DNA from: Candidatus Latescibacterota bacterium
GTDB taxonomy: Bacteria > Latescibacterota > UBA2968 > GCA-2709665
Length of the DNA stretch: 64,000 nt
Assembly: GCA_963662665.2 (NCBI GenBank)
Contig: CAXXJS010000010.1
Location: 352,001-416,000 of the forward strand
Direction of reading: 5' to 3'
This document shows, one piece after another, positions 1 to 9,864 of the stretch. The position numbers and the translations under genes were made by a program. The first letter of the stretch is position 1. Every line of letters starts with the position of its first letter. The notes under the pieces are model-generated. The model had not been told where the DNA came from. It did no database searches and saw only the letters and a list, made by a program, of their open reading frames with translations.

Positions 1-1163
1 ACGACCTGGCGGCGGATAACGTGTACACGTCGATTCTGAATATCCCGGAGCTCGTCCGGGTGCTGCTGGTGGCAGAGAACGAAGACGAGACCTATTTCGT
101 CTCAAAAGCCCTCGCAGCAGTACCGAACCAGGCAGTATCGGTCCGGTTGGTACGGCCGGATGAATTGAATGCGGATGTCTTGCAACAGACGGACGCGGCC
201 TTATTGTTTAATTTGCCCCGGTTGCCCGCCGGGACGTTGAAGGTCCTGGAACATCGGGTGCAAAGTGGAATGGGCCTGATGTTCATCCTGGGGGATCGGG
301 TGGATTTCCGGTATTACAATTCAGCTGTTTTTCCGGTCTTGTTTCCGGCTTCACTCGTGGGCATTGAAGGCGCTCCCGGGCAGGTCGACACCTACCACAG
401 GTTGCGCGAACCAACGCCCGATCACGCGATTTTCCGGGGCGCCGTTTCGACGGAAGGGCTGCGAAGTCCCCGGTTTTACGCGTACTGCCGGGTACGGCCG
501 GGCGATACGTCTCAGCCTGTTCTCCACTTCCGGAACGGCGACCCTGCGCTTGCCGAAACCAGTATTGGGGGTGGTCGTGTGGTGTTGTTTGCCGCCGGCT
601 TGAAAACCGATCTGCGTTGGACCGACCTGCCTCTCACAGGGTTTTTCGTTCCGTTTATACATCGACTCAGCCGGTATCTGGCGGCAGGATCTCCCGGTCA
701 GACCGATTATTCCGTGGGCGATACGGTGTTTCGGAACCGGTCAGATGTCCTGGCCCGCGAAGCCCTTCTGAAGCCACCCGCGGGGGAGGCGCGAACGATC
801 TGGCCGGAACAACGTGGCGTACACTCGGTGTGGCCGGTCGGCGAGGTGGATATTCCCGGTATATGGGAGATTTACGCAAGGGACCGACTGGCGGACCGAT
901 TCGCCGTTCATATCGATGCCCGTGAAGGGGACCCTGCGTCCGTTTCGGCACAGCGGCTGGAAAGAACGTTCGCGGGGGCCCGTCTCCGATTTGTGGAACC
1001 GCAGGCTTCACTGGCGCGCGCAGTCCGGGAAGCGCGTGGGGGACGGGAACTTTGGCGGCTTGCTCTGGGCCTGGCGCTCGTGTTGTTGATCGCTGAAGCC
1101 ATCGTGGTGCGATCGGAACGACAGGGCAGGCGAGTCCGAACGGCGCCCCCGTCCACTGTCTGA
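1..1163 (+). CDS. 5'-truncated BatA/VWA-associated membrane protein (GATase1-like domain, C-terminal TM helix)
   Basis: Frame is open back to the window start (DLAADNV). Has the WTDLPLTGFFVPFI motif and a C-terminal ELWRLALGLALVLLIAE helix typical of this family. Confidence 0.65.
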   Translation, partial: DLAADNVYTSILNIPELVRVLLVAENEDETYFVSKALAAVPNQAVSVRLVRPDELNADVLQQTDAALLFNLPRLPAGTLKVLEHRVQSGMGLMFILGDRVDFRYYNSAVFPVLFPASLVGIEGAPGQVDTYHRLREPTPDHAIFRGAVSTEGLRSPRFYAYCRVRPGDTSQPVLHFRNGDPALAETSIGGGRVVLFAAGLKTDLRWTDLPLTGFFVPFIHRLSRYLAAGSPGQTDYSVGDTVFRNRSDVLAREALLKPPAGEARTIWPEQRGVHSVWPVGEVDIPGIWEIYARDRLADRFAVHIDAREGDPASVSAQRLERTFAGARLRFVEPQASLARAVREARGGRELWRLALGLALVLLIAEAIVVRSERQGRRVRTAPPSTV

Positions 1164-1324
1164 GAAACGCCCCGCAACGACGCGCAAGGACATATGTCGA
1201 CGACCGGCTGCACAACCCTCGTCCAGGCGGTGTGGTCGCCCGTTGCATCGCGGCGGATCGCCGCCTGGCGTCTGGCACTGGATCGCGTAATTAAATGTTT
1301 TTAAAGTAAGTTATTAGTTTAGTC

Positions 1325-1353
1325 TTGACTTTTTATTGGGGGGCTCGTATTTT
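1325..1353 (+). promoter_or_regulatory. sigma70-type promoter for topA-xerC
   Basis: TTGACT-17 nt-TATTTT preceded by an AT-rich tract (1287-1324). Confidence 0.55.
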
Positions 1354-1518
1354 TGAGTCGGATGCGTTACGTGCGTCGTACGATGAACCCGGAGAGATCG
1401 CCAGGCGGCGCTTTTCTAAGGTATGTGAACCTGCCGCCGGGCGTTAAACAACGTGCCCGAACCGTGGTGAGTCACTCGATGATATTATTCGAAGTGGCTC
1501 GTTCTTTTGGGAGACAAT

Positions 1519-3822
1519 ATGCCGGATGCGCTTGTGGTGGTCGAGTCGCCTGCCAAGGCGAAAACGATCAACAAATTCCTCGGAAAAAAATTCAGGGTTA
1601 TGGCCAGCATGGGCCACGTGCGGGACCTGCCCCAGAAGGAACTGGGCATTGACGTCGAAAACGGGTTCAAACCCACGTACCGGACCATTCGCGGACGCGA
1701 TAAATTCGTCAAGGAGCTCCGGTCGGCCGCACGGTCGGCCGGCCAATTGATTCTGGCGACGGATCCCGACCGGGAGGGCGAAGCCATTGCCTGGCACGTG
1801 GCCGAAGCGCTCAAGCGGGGAGGCGATGCACAGCGGGTGATGTTCAACGAGATTACGGAACGGGCGGTGAGGGAGGCGGTGGCCAACCCTTCCAGGATCG
1901 ACTCCAGAAAAGTAGACGCGCAGCAGGCCCGCAGGGTTCTGGATCGCCTCGTGGGGTACAAGGTCAGCCCGCTTCTGTGGAAAACGGTTCATGGCGGTTT
2001 GAGCGCGGGGCGGGTTCAATCGGTTGCGCTTCGCCTGATCTGCGAGCGCGAGGCGGCGATTGTCGCGTTTGTTCCGAAAGAATACTGGACGGTAGACGTA
2101 AAGTTGAAGCGGGAGGATACCGTCCCGTTCAAAGCGCGCTTATTCCGGCACAAAGGCGAGAAGAGGGAGATAAAGAACCGGAATGAGGTGGACGCTATTT
2201 TATCGGACCTTCGGGAGCTGTCGGCGGATCCCGGGGAAATTCCCGCAGACGCGAATGCGTTGAATGAATCCATCGGTTCAGGATATCGGATCGCAGACGT
2301 AAAACGACGGGAACAGCGGCGCAATCCGGCCCCGCCCTTCATTACGAGCACGCTCCAGCAGGAGGCGTCCCGAAGGCTGCGGTTTACCGCACGCAAGACG
2401 ATGCAGGTTGCACAACAGCTATACGAGGGGGTTGAGGTTGGCGGCGAGACGACGGATGCGGCTGAAACGACCGGACTGATCACGTATATGCGAACCGACT
2501 CCACCCGGCTGGCAAACGAGGCCGTCTCCGCGGCGAGGGACTACATCCGTCAACGGTTCGGAAAAGCCTATCTCCCGCCCCGTGCCAGGTCCTACCGGAA
2601 GGGGCAGGGGGCACAGGATGCCCACGAGGCGATCCGGCCCACCGGTATCGAATTTTCACCGGAGGCCGTCAAGGAAAATCTGACGACGGATCAGGCAAGA
2701 CTGTATCGACTGATCTGGGATCGGTTTATCGCGTGCCAGATGGCGCCTGCCGTATACAATCGGACGACGGTAGATATCCGCGCGGGCGAGTACGAATTGC
2801 GCGCAACCGGTTCGGAGTTGAAGTTCGCCGGCTTTACGGCGCTATATACCGAAGGGACGGACGAAGAGAAGGAGGAGAACCAGACGCGTCTTCCTGAAGG
2901 GTTGAATAAGGGCGACTCACTGATGATGATGGCGCTGTTGCCAGAGCAGCATTTCACAAAGCCCCCGCCGCGGTTTTCCGAGGCGACCCTCGTCAAGGAG
3001 TTGGAGTCGCGTGAAATTGGCCGCCCCAGTACATATGCTCAGATTATCAGCACGCTCCAGGATAGGGACTATACGGAAAAAAATGGCGGCCGGTTTGCGC
3101 CGACCGATCTGGGTCGCACGGTCAACGACATTCTGGCGCAGGCGTTTCCAGATGTCTTTAACGTGGACTTCACGGCCCGAATGGAAGATGAACTCGACCA
3201 GGTCGAAAATGGCGAGGTGGGCTGGGTGAAGGTGGTGGAAGATTTCTATGGGCCGTTTTCCAGGGATCTTGACCGGGCCGAAGGCCAGCGAAGACAATTG
3301 AAGGCCTCGCTTCAGGAGAAGACCGACAGAATCTGCGAGAAGTGCGGCAACGTCTTTGTTATCAAATGGGGCCGAAACGGGCGCTTCCTGGCCTGTTCCG
3401 GATTTCCGGAGTGTCGCAACACCCATCCACTCGAGGCTCCCGAGCAGGAACCATCGGGCGAGGTGTGCGAGAAATGCGGATCGGAAATGGCGATCCGTAC
3501 GGGACGGAATGGGCGTTTTCTGGCATGCTCGGCGTACCCCGAGTGCAGAAATACGCGGTCGATTTCGACGGGAGTGCCCTGCACGCAGAAGGATTGCGAC
3601 GGACAGCTCAAGGAACGCAGCAGTCGACGGGGCAGGACGTTCTTCAGTTGCGGCAATTTCCCGAAATGCACGTACGCGAGTTGGGACCGGCCGTTGAACC
3701 TGCCATGCCCGGTGTGTGAAGGACCGTTTCTGGCAGAGCATACCGGTCGAAACGGGCGGACGTCCGTGCGGTGCCTGAAATGCAGGCATACGGCGCCGGA
3801 TCGGGAGAACGAAAAAGCGTAA
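1519..3822 (+). CDS. topA: DNA topoisomerase I (type IA) with C-terminal zinc ribbons
   Basis: TOPRIM motifs VESPAKA and DPDREGE, SAGRVQS, catalytic LITYMRTDS, repeated C4 zinc ribbons. GGAG RBS before ATG 1519. Confidence 0.97.
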   Translation: MPDALVVVESPAKAKTINKFLGKKFRVMASMGHVRDLPQKELGIDVENGFKPTYRTIRGRDKFVKELRSAARSAGQLILATDPDREGEAIAWHVAEALKRGGDAQRVMFNEITERAVREAVANPSRIDSRKVDAQQARRVLDRLVGYKVSPLLWKTVHGGLSAGRVQSVALRLICEREAAIVAFVPKEYWTVDVKLKREDTVPFKARLFRHKGEKREIKNRNEVDAILSDLRELSADPGEIPADANALNESIGSGYRIADVKRREQRRNPAPPFITSTLQQEASRRLRFTARKTMQVAQQLYEGVEVGGETTDAAETTGLITYMRTDSTRLANEAVSAARDYIRQRFGKAYLPPRARSYRKGQGAQDAHEAIRPTGIEFSPEAVKENLTTDQARLYRLIWDRFIACQMAPAVYNRTTVDIRAGEYELRATGSELKFAGFTALYTEGTDEEKEENQTRLPEGLNKGDSLMMMALLPEQHFTKPPPRFSEATLVKELESREIGRPSTYAQIISTLQDRDYTEKNGGRFAPTDLGRTVNDILAQAFPDVFNVDFTARMEDELDQVENGEVGWVKVVEDFYGPFSRDLDRAEGQRRQLKASLQEKTDRICEKCGNVFVIKWGRNGRFLACSGFPECRNTHPLEAPEQEPSGEVCEKCGSEMAIRTGRNGRFLACSAYPECRNTRSISTGVPCTQKDCDGQLKERSSRRGRTFFSCGNFPKCTYASWDRPLNLPCPVCEGPFLAEHTGRNGRTSVRCLKCRHTAPDRENEKA

Positions 3823-3944
3823 GCAGGACGTCGCGCGGTTCCTGGCGCCCCCGGTTCGAACCGGAAACCGACCAGGCCCGTCCACGGGTCCGCGAACGTT
3901 TCTACCGGGCCGGGTCACCGTACACACTGCAGGAACTCCTTTAT

Positions 3945-4850
3945 ATGCAGGATCAGATAACCGAATTTCTTCGCCATCTCGCCAGCGAGCGTCGATTGTC
4001 GACGCATACCTGCCGGGCCTACGGGACGGACCTGGAGCGGTTCCATTCTTTCATGCAGGTCCGATGGGGCGCCGAACATCCGGATGTGAGGGGGGTCGCA
4101 CGCGAGGACGTACGGGCATTCCTGGGGCATTTGAACGGCGCCGGATTCGGCAGGCGTTCAATCGCGCGGAAGCTGGCTTCGCTGCGCACGTTTCTTGCCT
4201 ATCTCTGTCGCCTTGGTCGCATGGAGAGGAATCCTGCGCTGCAGGTCCGCCCGCCAAGGCAGGAGAAGACCCTGCCGGTACATCTGGATCCCGGGGAAGT
4301 GCGGCGGGTGCTGGAGCATCCGTCGCCGGATACGGCGTTGGGTTTGCGAGACCGGGCGATTCTCGAGTTATTCTACAGTTCCGGTATCCGTTTGCGGGAA
4401 CTGGCGGAAATCAGTATGGATAGCCTGGACCTGGACGGCGGAACCGTCCGGGTGACCGGGAAGGGCGGTAAGGAACGACTCGTGCCCGTAGGGAGACCCG
4501 CACGGGAAGCCCTGCGCCGGTATCTGGCCCGTCGTTCCGAACTCTTGCAGGCCGATGCGCCTGAGCGTGATCGGCGACGTTTTTTCCTCAGCCGTTCAGG
4601 CAGGGCGTTGAGCGCAAGCGGAGTTCAGGACCGGGTCGTGGGTCATCTCGAAATGGCGACGGGCAGAGGCCGGTTGGGGCCGCATACCTTGCGGCATACG
4701 TTTGCCACCCATCTGCTGGACGCAGGAGCCGACCTGAACGCGGTCAAGGAAATGCTCGGGCACGCGAGCCTGTCCACGACGCAGATTTATACCCACGTGA
4801 GCGTGGAACGCCTGAAAAAGGCCTATCGGCAGGCGCATCCGAGAGCGTAA
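3945..4850 (+). CDS. xerC: tyrosine recombinase XerC family
   Basis: RDRAILELFYSSGIR, GKGGKER, HTLRHTFATH, LGHASLSTTQIY. Standard synteny after topA. Confidence 0.88.
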   Translation: MQDQITEFLRHLASERRLSTHTCRAYGTDLERFHSFMQVRWGAEHPDVRGVAREDVRAFLGHLNGAGFGRRSIARKLASLRTFLAYLCRLGRMERNPALQVRPPRQEKTLPVHLDPGEVRRVLEHPSPDTALGLRDRAILELFYSSGIRLRELAEISMDSLDLDGGTVRVTGKGGKERLVPVGRPAREALRRYLARRSELLQADAPERDRRRFFLSRSGRALSASGVQDRVVGHLEMATGRGRLGPHTLRHTFATHLLDAGADLNAVKEMLGHASLSTTQIYTHVSVERLKKAYRQAHPRA

Positions 4851-4854
4851 TGGC

Positions 4855-6603
4855 GTGAGAACGGACACGGAAGTCGGCCGCCGCCCAGACAGGATACCCC
4901 CACGTTCCGCTACGTGGGAGAGGGCGACCCGTTTCCTGACGGGCGTTTTCCTGTTTCTCGCGGGAGCGTGCGCAAACCCCATGCCGCCGCCCGGCGGACC
5001 ACCGGATGTGATCCCGCCCCGGGTGGTCCACACGATCCCTGTTGCCGATTCCGTGGGGGTTGAAACGCACACCCGTATCCGCATCCGGTTCAGCGAAGCG
5101 ATGGACCGCCGATCGGTGGCGCGGGCGATTTTCATTTCGCCCCGCTTTTCCACCAATCCGGATTTCAAATGGCGCGGACGGGAACTGGAAATTCGACCAC
5201 GGGAGGACCTCCGTACGGACCGGACCTACGTGGTGTCGGTGGGCGCTGCGAGTTCCGACGAATCGTTCAATCGTATGGACGCGTCCTACAGTTTCGCGTT
5301 CTCCACCGGCCATCGGTTGAGTCGCGGCGAAATCCACGGACGCGTCCTCGTGCGTGCAGGAAAACGGGGGCAGGTATACGTATGGGCGTACGATCTTACG
5401 GGAGCCGACGACCCCGATCCCGCAGCCGCCTCCCCTGCTTACGTGACACAGCCCGGCGTGGACGGAACGTTTCGTTTTGTCCGATTGGACGCCGGGCGGT
5501 ACCGGGTATTTGCGTTCCGCGACGGGGACCGCGATCAGGCGTATCAGCCCGGTGAACCGCTTGCGGTTCCGCCGGGGGACGTCTCGCTTCGTACGGGCGA
5601 TAGCAGTGTGCGTTTGGGCTTGCTGAAGATGGCGGCGCGCGATAGCGTGCCGCCGCGTTTTGTTTCGGCGCGGACACCCGATCGGCGCAGGCTGTCCCTG
5701 CGTTTCGACGAACCCGTTGACCTGACCTCGCCGCCCACCATTTCCGGGGCCGACGGGTTCCTCGAGGTGGAGGCGGTCTACACCGACGCCGGGGATTCCA
5801 ACCGTGTGTGGCTGGTTACAGGGCCGCAGGCGGCGGGAATGGAATACCGTGTGGATCTGGGCGGGATTGCCGACCGGTTCGGCAACGCGATTGCGTCTGG
5901 CGAAGCGGCTACCGTGCGTGGCGAGGGTCAGCCCGACCGACGAGCGCCCAATCCGGTTCGCCTTGAACCGGACGCGGGAGTACGGGATGTTTCGCAAAAC
6001 GCCGGGCTACGGATCGATTTCAGCGAGGCCATGGCTCCCGAGCCGATTCCCGAGTTCTGGGCACTTTCCGACAGTACGGACGCCCCTGCTGGACGGTTTT
6101 CGTGGCCTCATGCCAACCGGCTTGCGTTTCAGCCCGACGAGTTGTGGGCCGCCGGCGAGAGCTACGTTCTGAAGGGACAGGCAAGCACGCTTTCCGACCA
6201 TTCCGGAAACCCTGCCAAAGGTGAGATTGTGTTCCGGTTCACGGTTGCGTCCCCTGACGACCAGGGCGCCGTGAGTGGTGCGGTCGTCTCCTCCGAAACG
6301 CCGATCGTGGTGCAGCTGCGATCTCTATCCCGATCCGACCGCGCGCACGGAGTCACCGTTGCGCCCGGAAATTCCACCTATTTATTGGAATCGATACCGC
6401 CCGGGCGTTACCGGGTACTGGGCTTCGGTGACGTCGACGGCAACGGTATCTGGACGCCTGGGGTGGCCAGGCCGTTCGCTCCCGCCGAACCCGTTTCCGC
6501 GCTTCATGATACTATAGAGGTCGTCCCGCGATGGGAGACGGCCGCCGAAGAGCGGCTCCACGTTCAGGCCTGGGCCGAGACGGCACTCACAGGGGAGGAA
6601 TAG
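4855..6603 (+). CDS. Ig-like (Big_5) domain lipoprotein
   Basis: Lipobox LAGAC followed by PPPGGPPD, and repeated IxFSExM Ig-like modules. Confidence 0.75.
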   Translation: MRTDTEVGRRPDRIPPRSATWERATRFLTGVFLFLAGACANPMPPPGGPPDVIPPRVVHTIPVADSVGVETHTRIRIRFSEAMDRRSVARAIFISPRFSTNPDFKWRGRELEIRPREDLRTDRTYVVSVGAASSDESFNRMDASYSFAFSTGHRLSRGEIHGRVLVRAGKRGQVYVWAYDLTGADDPDPAAASPAYVTQPGVDGTFRFVRLDAGRYRVFAFRDGDRDQAYQPGEPLAVPPGDVSLRTGDSSVRLGLLKMAARDSVPPRFVSARTPDRRRLSLRFDEPVDLTSPPTISGADGFLEVEAVYTDAGDSNRVWLVTGPQAAGMEYRVDLGGIADRFGNAIASGEAATVRGEGQPDRRAPNPVRLEPDAGVRDVSQNAGLRIDFSEAMAPEPIPEFWALSDSTDAPAGRFSWPHANRLAFQPDELWAAGESYVLKGQASTLSDHSGNPAKGEIVFRFTVASPDDQGAVSGAVVSSETPIVVQLRSLSRSDRAHGVTVAPGNSTYLLESIPPGRYRVLGFGDVDGNGIWTPGVARPFAPAEPVSALHDTIEVVPRWETAAEERLHVQAWAETALTGEE

Positions 6604-6605
6604 CC

Positions 6606-6998
6606 GTGCCGGAAGCATCGGAACGTGGCCCGTCCGTCAGGAAGCATCTCGTGCCGGCCCTTCTGCTTGTCGCATTCTGCGCGCTGGTGATCTACCGGCT
6701 CACGGCGCAGTCTTCCGAAGATATCGAACGTACGCGCGCCCGGATGCACCTCGAATTGATCTATGGGCTGGAAAGCGCCCACATGCAGGAATATGGAACT
6801 TATCTCCCCATAGACCGTGAAAAAAATGCCGACATACTGAAACTAAACGATGTTCCCGGCAGATTCCGTTTTCGGGTAACGGTGGAAGGGTCGACGTTCG
6901 TTGCCGAAGCGCGGGCGGACCTGGACGGAGACGGATGGCAGGAAGTGTGGTACGTGGACCAGGAGACGCCTGAACCCGTGCTTATACAACAGGATTGA
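6606..6998 (+). CDS. small membrane-anchored pilin-like protein
   Basis: GGAGG RBS and GTG start. One N-terminal TM helix and a C-terminal FVAEARADLDGDGxxEVW segment resembling type IV pilin heads. Confidence 0.55.
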   Translation: MPEASERGPSVRKHLVPALLLVAFCALVIYRLTAQSSEDIERTRARMHLELIYGLESAHMQEYGTYLPIDREKNADILKLNDVPGRFRFRVTVEGSTFVAEARADLDGDGWQEVWYVDQETPEPVLIQQD

Positions 6999-7001
6999 CT
7001 C

Positions 7002-9557
7002 GTGAGACGTTATTTTGGAATCGGGACGCCTCGATTGTGCGTTTGGCTTGTCGCGCTCGCCCTGGCGGGCTGTTTTTTCGCGGCTCCCGTGTCTGCCTAC
7101 GTGTTTCAAATGCACAGGAACAACCAGCGGCAGATTGTCACGGTCCGCTGGCCCGCCGGAAAGGCTCGCGCAATTGAATTCTGGCTCGAAATCGACCAGT
7201 TTCCCTATTTTGCCGACCATGTGAAACGCCTGGTACGTGACAGTTTCGTCGCCTGGGAGGACGTGCCCATTTCATTCGCGGCGTTCAGGAATCGCGGCGT
7301 TGCCGATCTGGAAGTATCAACCACAGACGGTAAGAACGTCATTACTTTTGACCGGAGCGCCCGGAATTTTCCCGAACGCGGCGGCGGGGGCGTGATCGCG
7401 TTTGCACGGATGAACTGGGACGTTCAGGGACACATTACCGACGTCGATATTGTTTTCAACGGGCGAGACTATTCCTATTCGGTGGGTAATCCCGACGAGG
7501 AGAGCAGCCTGGTGGATATGCAGGACGTGCTGACCCACGAGATCGGTCACCTGTTGGGCCTTGCCCATTCGCCGCTGGCGGGTGAGCCGACGGTTCGTCC
7601 GTCTATGTATCCCTTCTACTTCGGCGAGGAAAGGACCCTTACCACCGACGACCGGGCGGGGGTCGCTGCGCTCTACCCGTCGACCGCGGCGATAACGTCT
7701 ACGGGCGCAATTTCCGGACGGGTGACACACCGGGACGGCGAGGGGGCATTCGGGGTACACGTGGTGGCATACCGCGCGGATTCCGGTGCGTTCGCCGCTG
7801 GCGTACTTTCCGGTACGGCAGGTGAGAACCGGGGGATGGGCGGTGACGGGGCCTATGAAATCAAGGGTCTGCCGCCAGGTGAATATCACGTGGGCATCGA
7901 ACCGGTGGGCGGATCGGTGACCACGCGGAATTTCGGCGGCATTTACACGGAGTTCGAATCCGGTTTCCCCGAGGAATATTTCGACAACCGGGCGATCCGT
8001 GACGTGGCCGACGCGATTCGGGTTCCCGGCGGCAGGAGCGTAGCGGAAGTCAACTTTACGCTCGGCACTGCGCTTCCGGGCTATCCGGACGTTCAACCTG
8101 CCGTTCTTCCGAACAACACGCCGAGCCCGACCGGGCCGTATCGGCTGCACGTGCGCATACTGGATGAGGATCCGATTTCTTTGGTGGAGGTGGACTACCG
8201 GACTGACGGCGGACCCGTCCGGACGCTGGTGTTGCAGCGTGAACATGGACAGTTTTATTCCGCCGAGTTTCCGGGGCGGGAGCGCGGAACGGTGATTACC
8301 TACCGGTTCCGGGCGCAGGACAGTCAGGGCAACGAGACTATCTACCCAGCCGAGGAATTGCCGGAACTGCGGTTTGAAGTGCTTGCGCTATCCGGTGAGC
8401 CGGTCGTATACGTGGCGCTGCGTCGTTCGAGGCAGTTGGCCGTCTTCGATACGGGCCTGGACCGCGAAGTGGCCCGGATTCCGCTGGGGGGCGACCCCTT
8501 GAGCGTGTTGTTGACACCCGACGAGCGATTTGTGTACGTGGCCAACAACGGCGTCGACGCGGATGGCGCGGAAAACAAGCTGATGGCGATCGATACATCC
8601 ACGCACGAAGTCCTGGTGACCCGCGTGGGGCGCGAGCCGCTGGATCTGGCGATGCCTCGAAACGGGTCGAGCGTATACGTGAGCAATGCCGCGGACCAGA
8701 CCGTTTCCGTCGTGGACGTGGGCAGTCTGCGGGAAAGGCGGCGCATTTCCATTCCCGTTTCCGGTGAGGGTGAAGCCACACGCGGCCCGTTCGGTATTGC
8801 CGTGGGGCCTGGGGAAAAGTGGTTATACGCAGCGGACATCGATGGGAATCAGGTGGTGGTGGTGGATATCGAAGCCGGTCAGGTGACCCAGCGGATCGAC
8901 GTTGCCGTTTCGCCGCGGTCCCTGCTGCTTTCTCCCTCGGGAGAACGTCTCTATGTGTCCAGGTTCGGACGTAGCGGAAACGGGGCTGGCATTACGGTAA
9001 TCGATACCGATACATACGAGATTGTAAGTGAAATCGATCAGCCCGCCGCGAGCATTTTCAGGCTTGCCCTCTCGCCGGACGGTAAACGCCTGTATGCGAC
9101 GGATCGGACCAATGCCAGGGTGCTGGTTATCAATACCGAACTGAATCGTGTCATTCTGAAGTGGTCGTCGCGAGGGCGAGAAACGCGCGACATTGCCGTC
9201 TCCGCCGACGGCAAGACCATCTACGCGGCCAACCAGGACTCGAACGAACTGCTGTTTATCGATGCGGCATCGGGGTTCATTCGCAAGACGCTCACGCTGG
9301 AAGACGGGCCACGGGGTATCGCTGTTCGCGGGCAACCGGTCTACGAAGACGCGCCCGTCATCGATCCGAGACGCGCCGACTTCGACCGAGACGGAACTGT
9401 CGGGTTCAGCGACTTCGTGATTTTTGCCCGCAGTTTCGGCGCAAGTTCCGGCGATCCGAATTTCGACGTGAACCTGGACCTGAATGGCGACGAGCAGGTC
9501 AGCTTTGCGGATTTTGTCCTTTTCGCCGCGGTGTTCGGGATGTCCGCGGGAGGGTAG
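7002..9557 (+). CDS. secreted matrixin (M10-like) metalloprotease with YVTN/YncE beta-propeller and C-terminal dockerin/EF-hand-like pair
   Basis: Signal peptide, HEIGHLLGLAH zinc motif with Met-turn (SMYP), propeller repeats (SPDGKRLYAT), tail DFDRDGTVGFSDF...DLNGDEQVSFADF. Confidence 0.8.
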   Translation: MRRYFGIGTPRLCVWLVALALAGCFFAAPVSAYVFQMHRNNQRQIVTVRWPAGKARAIEFWLEIDQFPYFADHVKRLVRDSFVAWEDVPISFAAFRNRGVADLEVSTTDGKNVITFDRSARNFPERGGGGVIAFARMNWDVQGHITDVDIVFNGRDYSYSVGNPDEESSLVDMQDVLTHEIGHLLGLAHSPLAGEPTVRPSMYPFYFGEERTLTTDDRAGVAALYPSTAAITSTGAISGRVTHRDGEGAFGVHVVAYRADSGAFAAGVLSGTAGENRGMGGDGAYEIKGLPPGEYHVGIEPVGGSVTTRNFGGIYTEFESGFPEEYFDNRAIRDVADAIRVPGGRSVAEVNFTLGTALPGYPDVQPAVLPNNTPSPTGPYRLHVRILDEDPISLVEVDYRTDGGPVRTLVLQREHGQFYSAEFPGRERGTVITYRFRAQDSQGNETIYPAEELPELRFEVLALSGEPVVYVALRRSRQLAVFDTGLDREVARIPLGGDPLSVLLTPDERFVYVANNGVDADGAENKLMAIDTSTHEVLVTRVGREPLDLAMPRNGSSVYVSNAADQTVSVVDVGSLRERRRISIPVSGEGEATRGPFGIAVGPGEKWLYAADIDGNQVVVVDIEAGQVTQRIDVAVSPRSLLLSPSGERLYVSRFGRSGNGAGITVIDTDTYEIVSEIDQPAASIFRLALSPDGKRLYATDRTNARVLVINTELNRVILKWSSRGRETRDIAVSADGKTIYAANQDSNELLFIDAASGFIRKTLTLEDGPRGIAVRGQPVYEDAPVIDPRRADFDRDGTVGFSDFVIFARSFGASSGDPNFDVNLDLNGDEQVSFADFVLFAAVFGMSAGG

Positions 9558-9864
9558 GCAAGAGTCCTTTGCCGGCAAGTGGGAGGGTTTTTTCAAGTAG
9601 TTTGGCGTTAACTCGCCGTTCTTTGCAATCAGTCAGTGCTGTATTGCCCGTCGTTTGTCAAACGATGGTCTGCCGGCCGTCACACAATTCGTCGGCAATA
9701 GCGTAGGAGGTCGGGATTTCCCGACCTTTTTTCGTGATCGGGAATCCATACCCATTGACAAGCCCTTCCGTAGATGCCAAATTACCTGTCTGGTAGAGGT
9801 GGTGGACCGAAATATTATTGGCTCGGCCGTTTATTAAGTCATACCGACATCCCGAGGATTCGCG

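Noticed and set aside
1280-1307. dif-like site upstream of topA-xerC (GGATCGCGTAA TTAAAT GTTTTTAAAGT)
   Set aside because: The XerC-like arm matches 8/11, but the normally well-conserved XerD arm (TTATGTTAAAT) matches only 6/11. An AT-rich promoter UP element explains it better.
3945-4850. Tyrosine recombinase as an island integrase
   Set aside because: Size, motifs and topA synteny fit housekeeping XerC, and no att sites or mobile cargo are visible.
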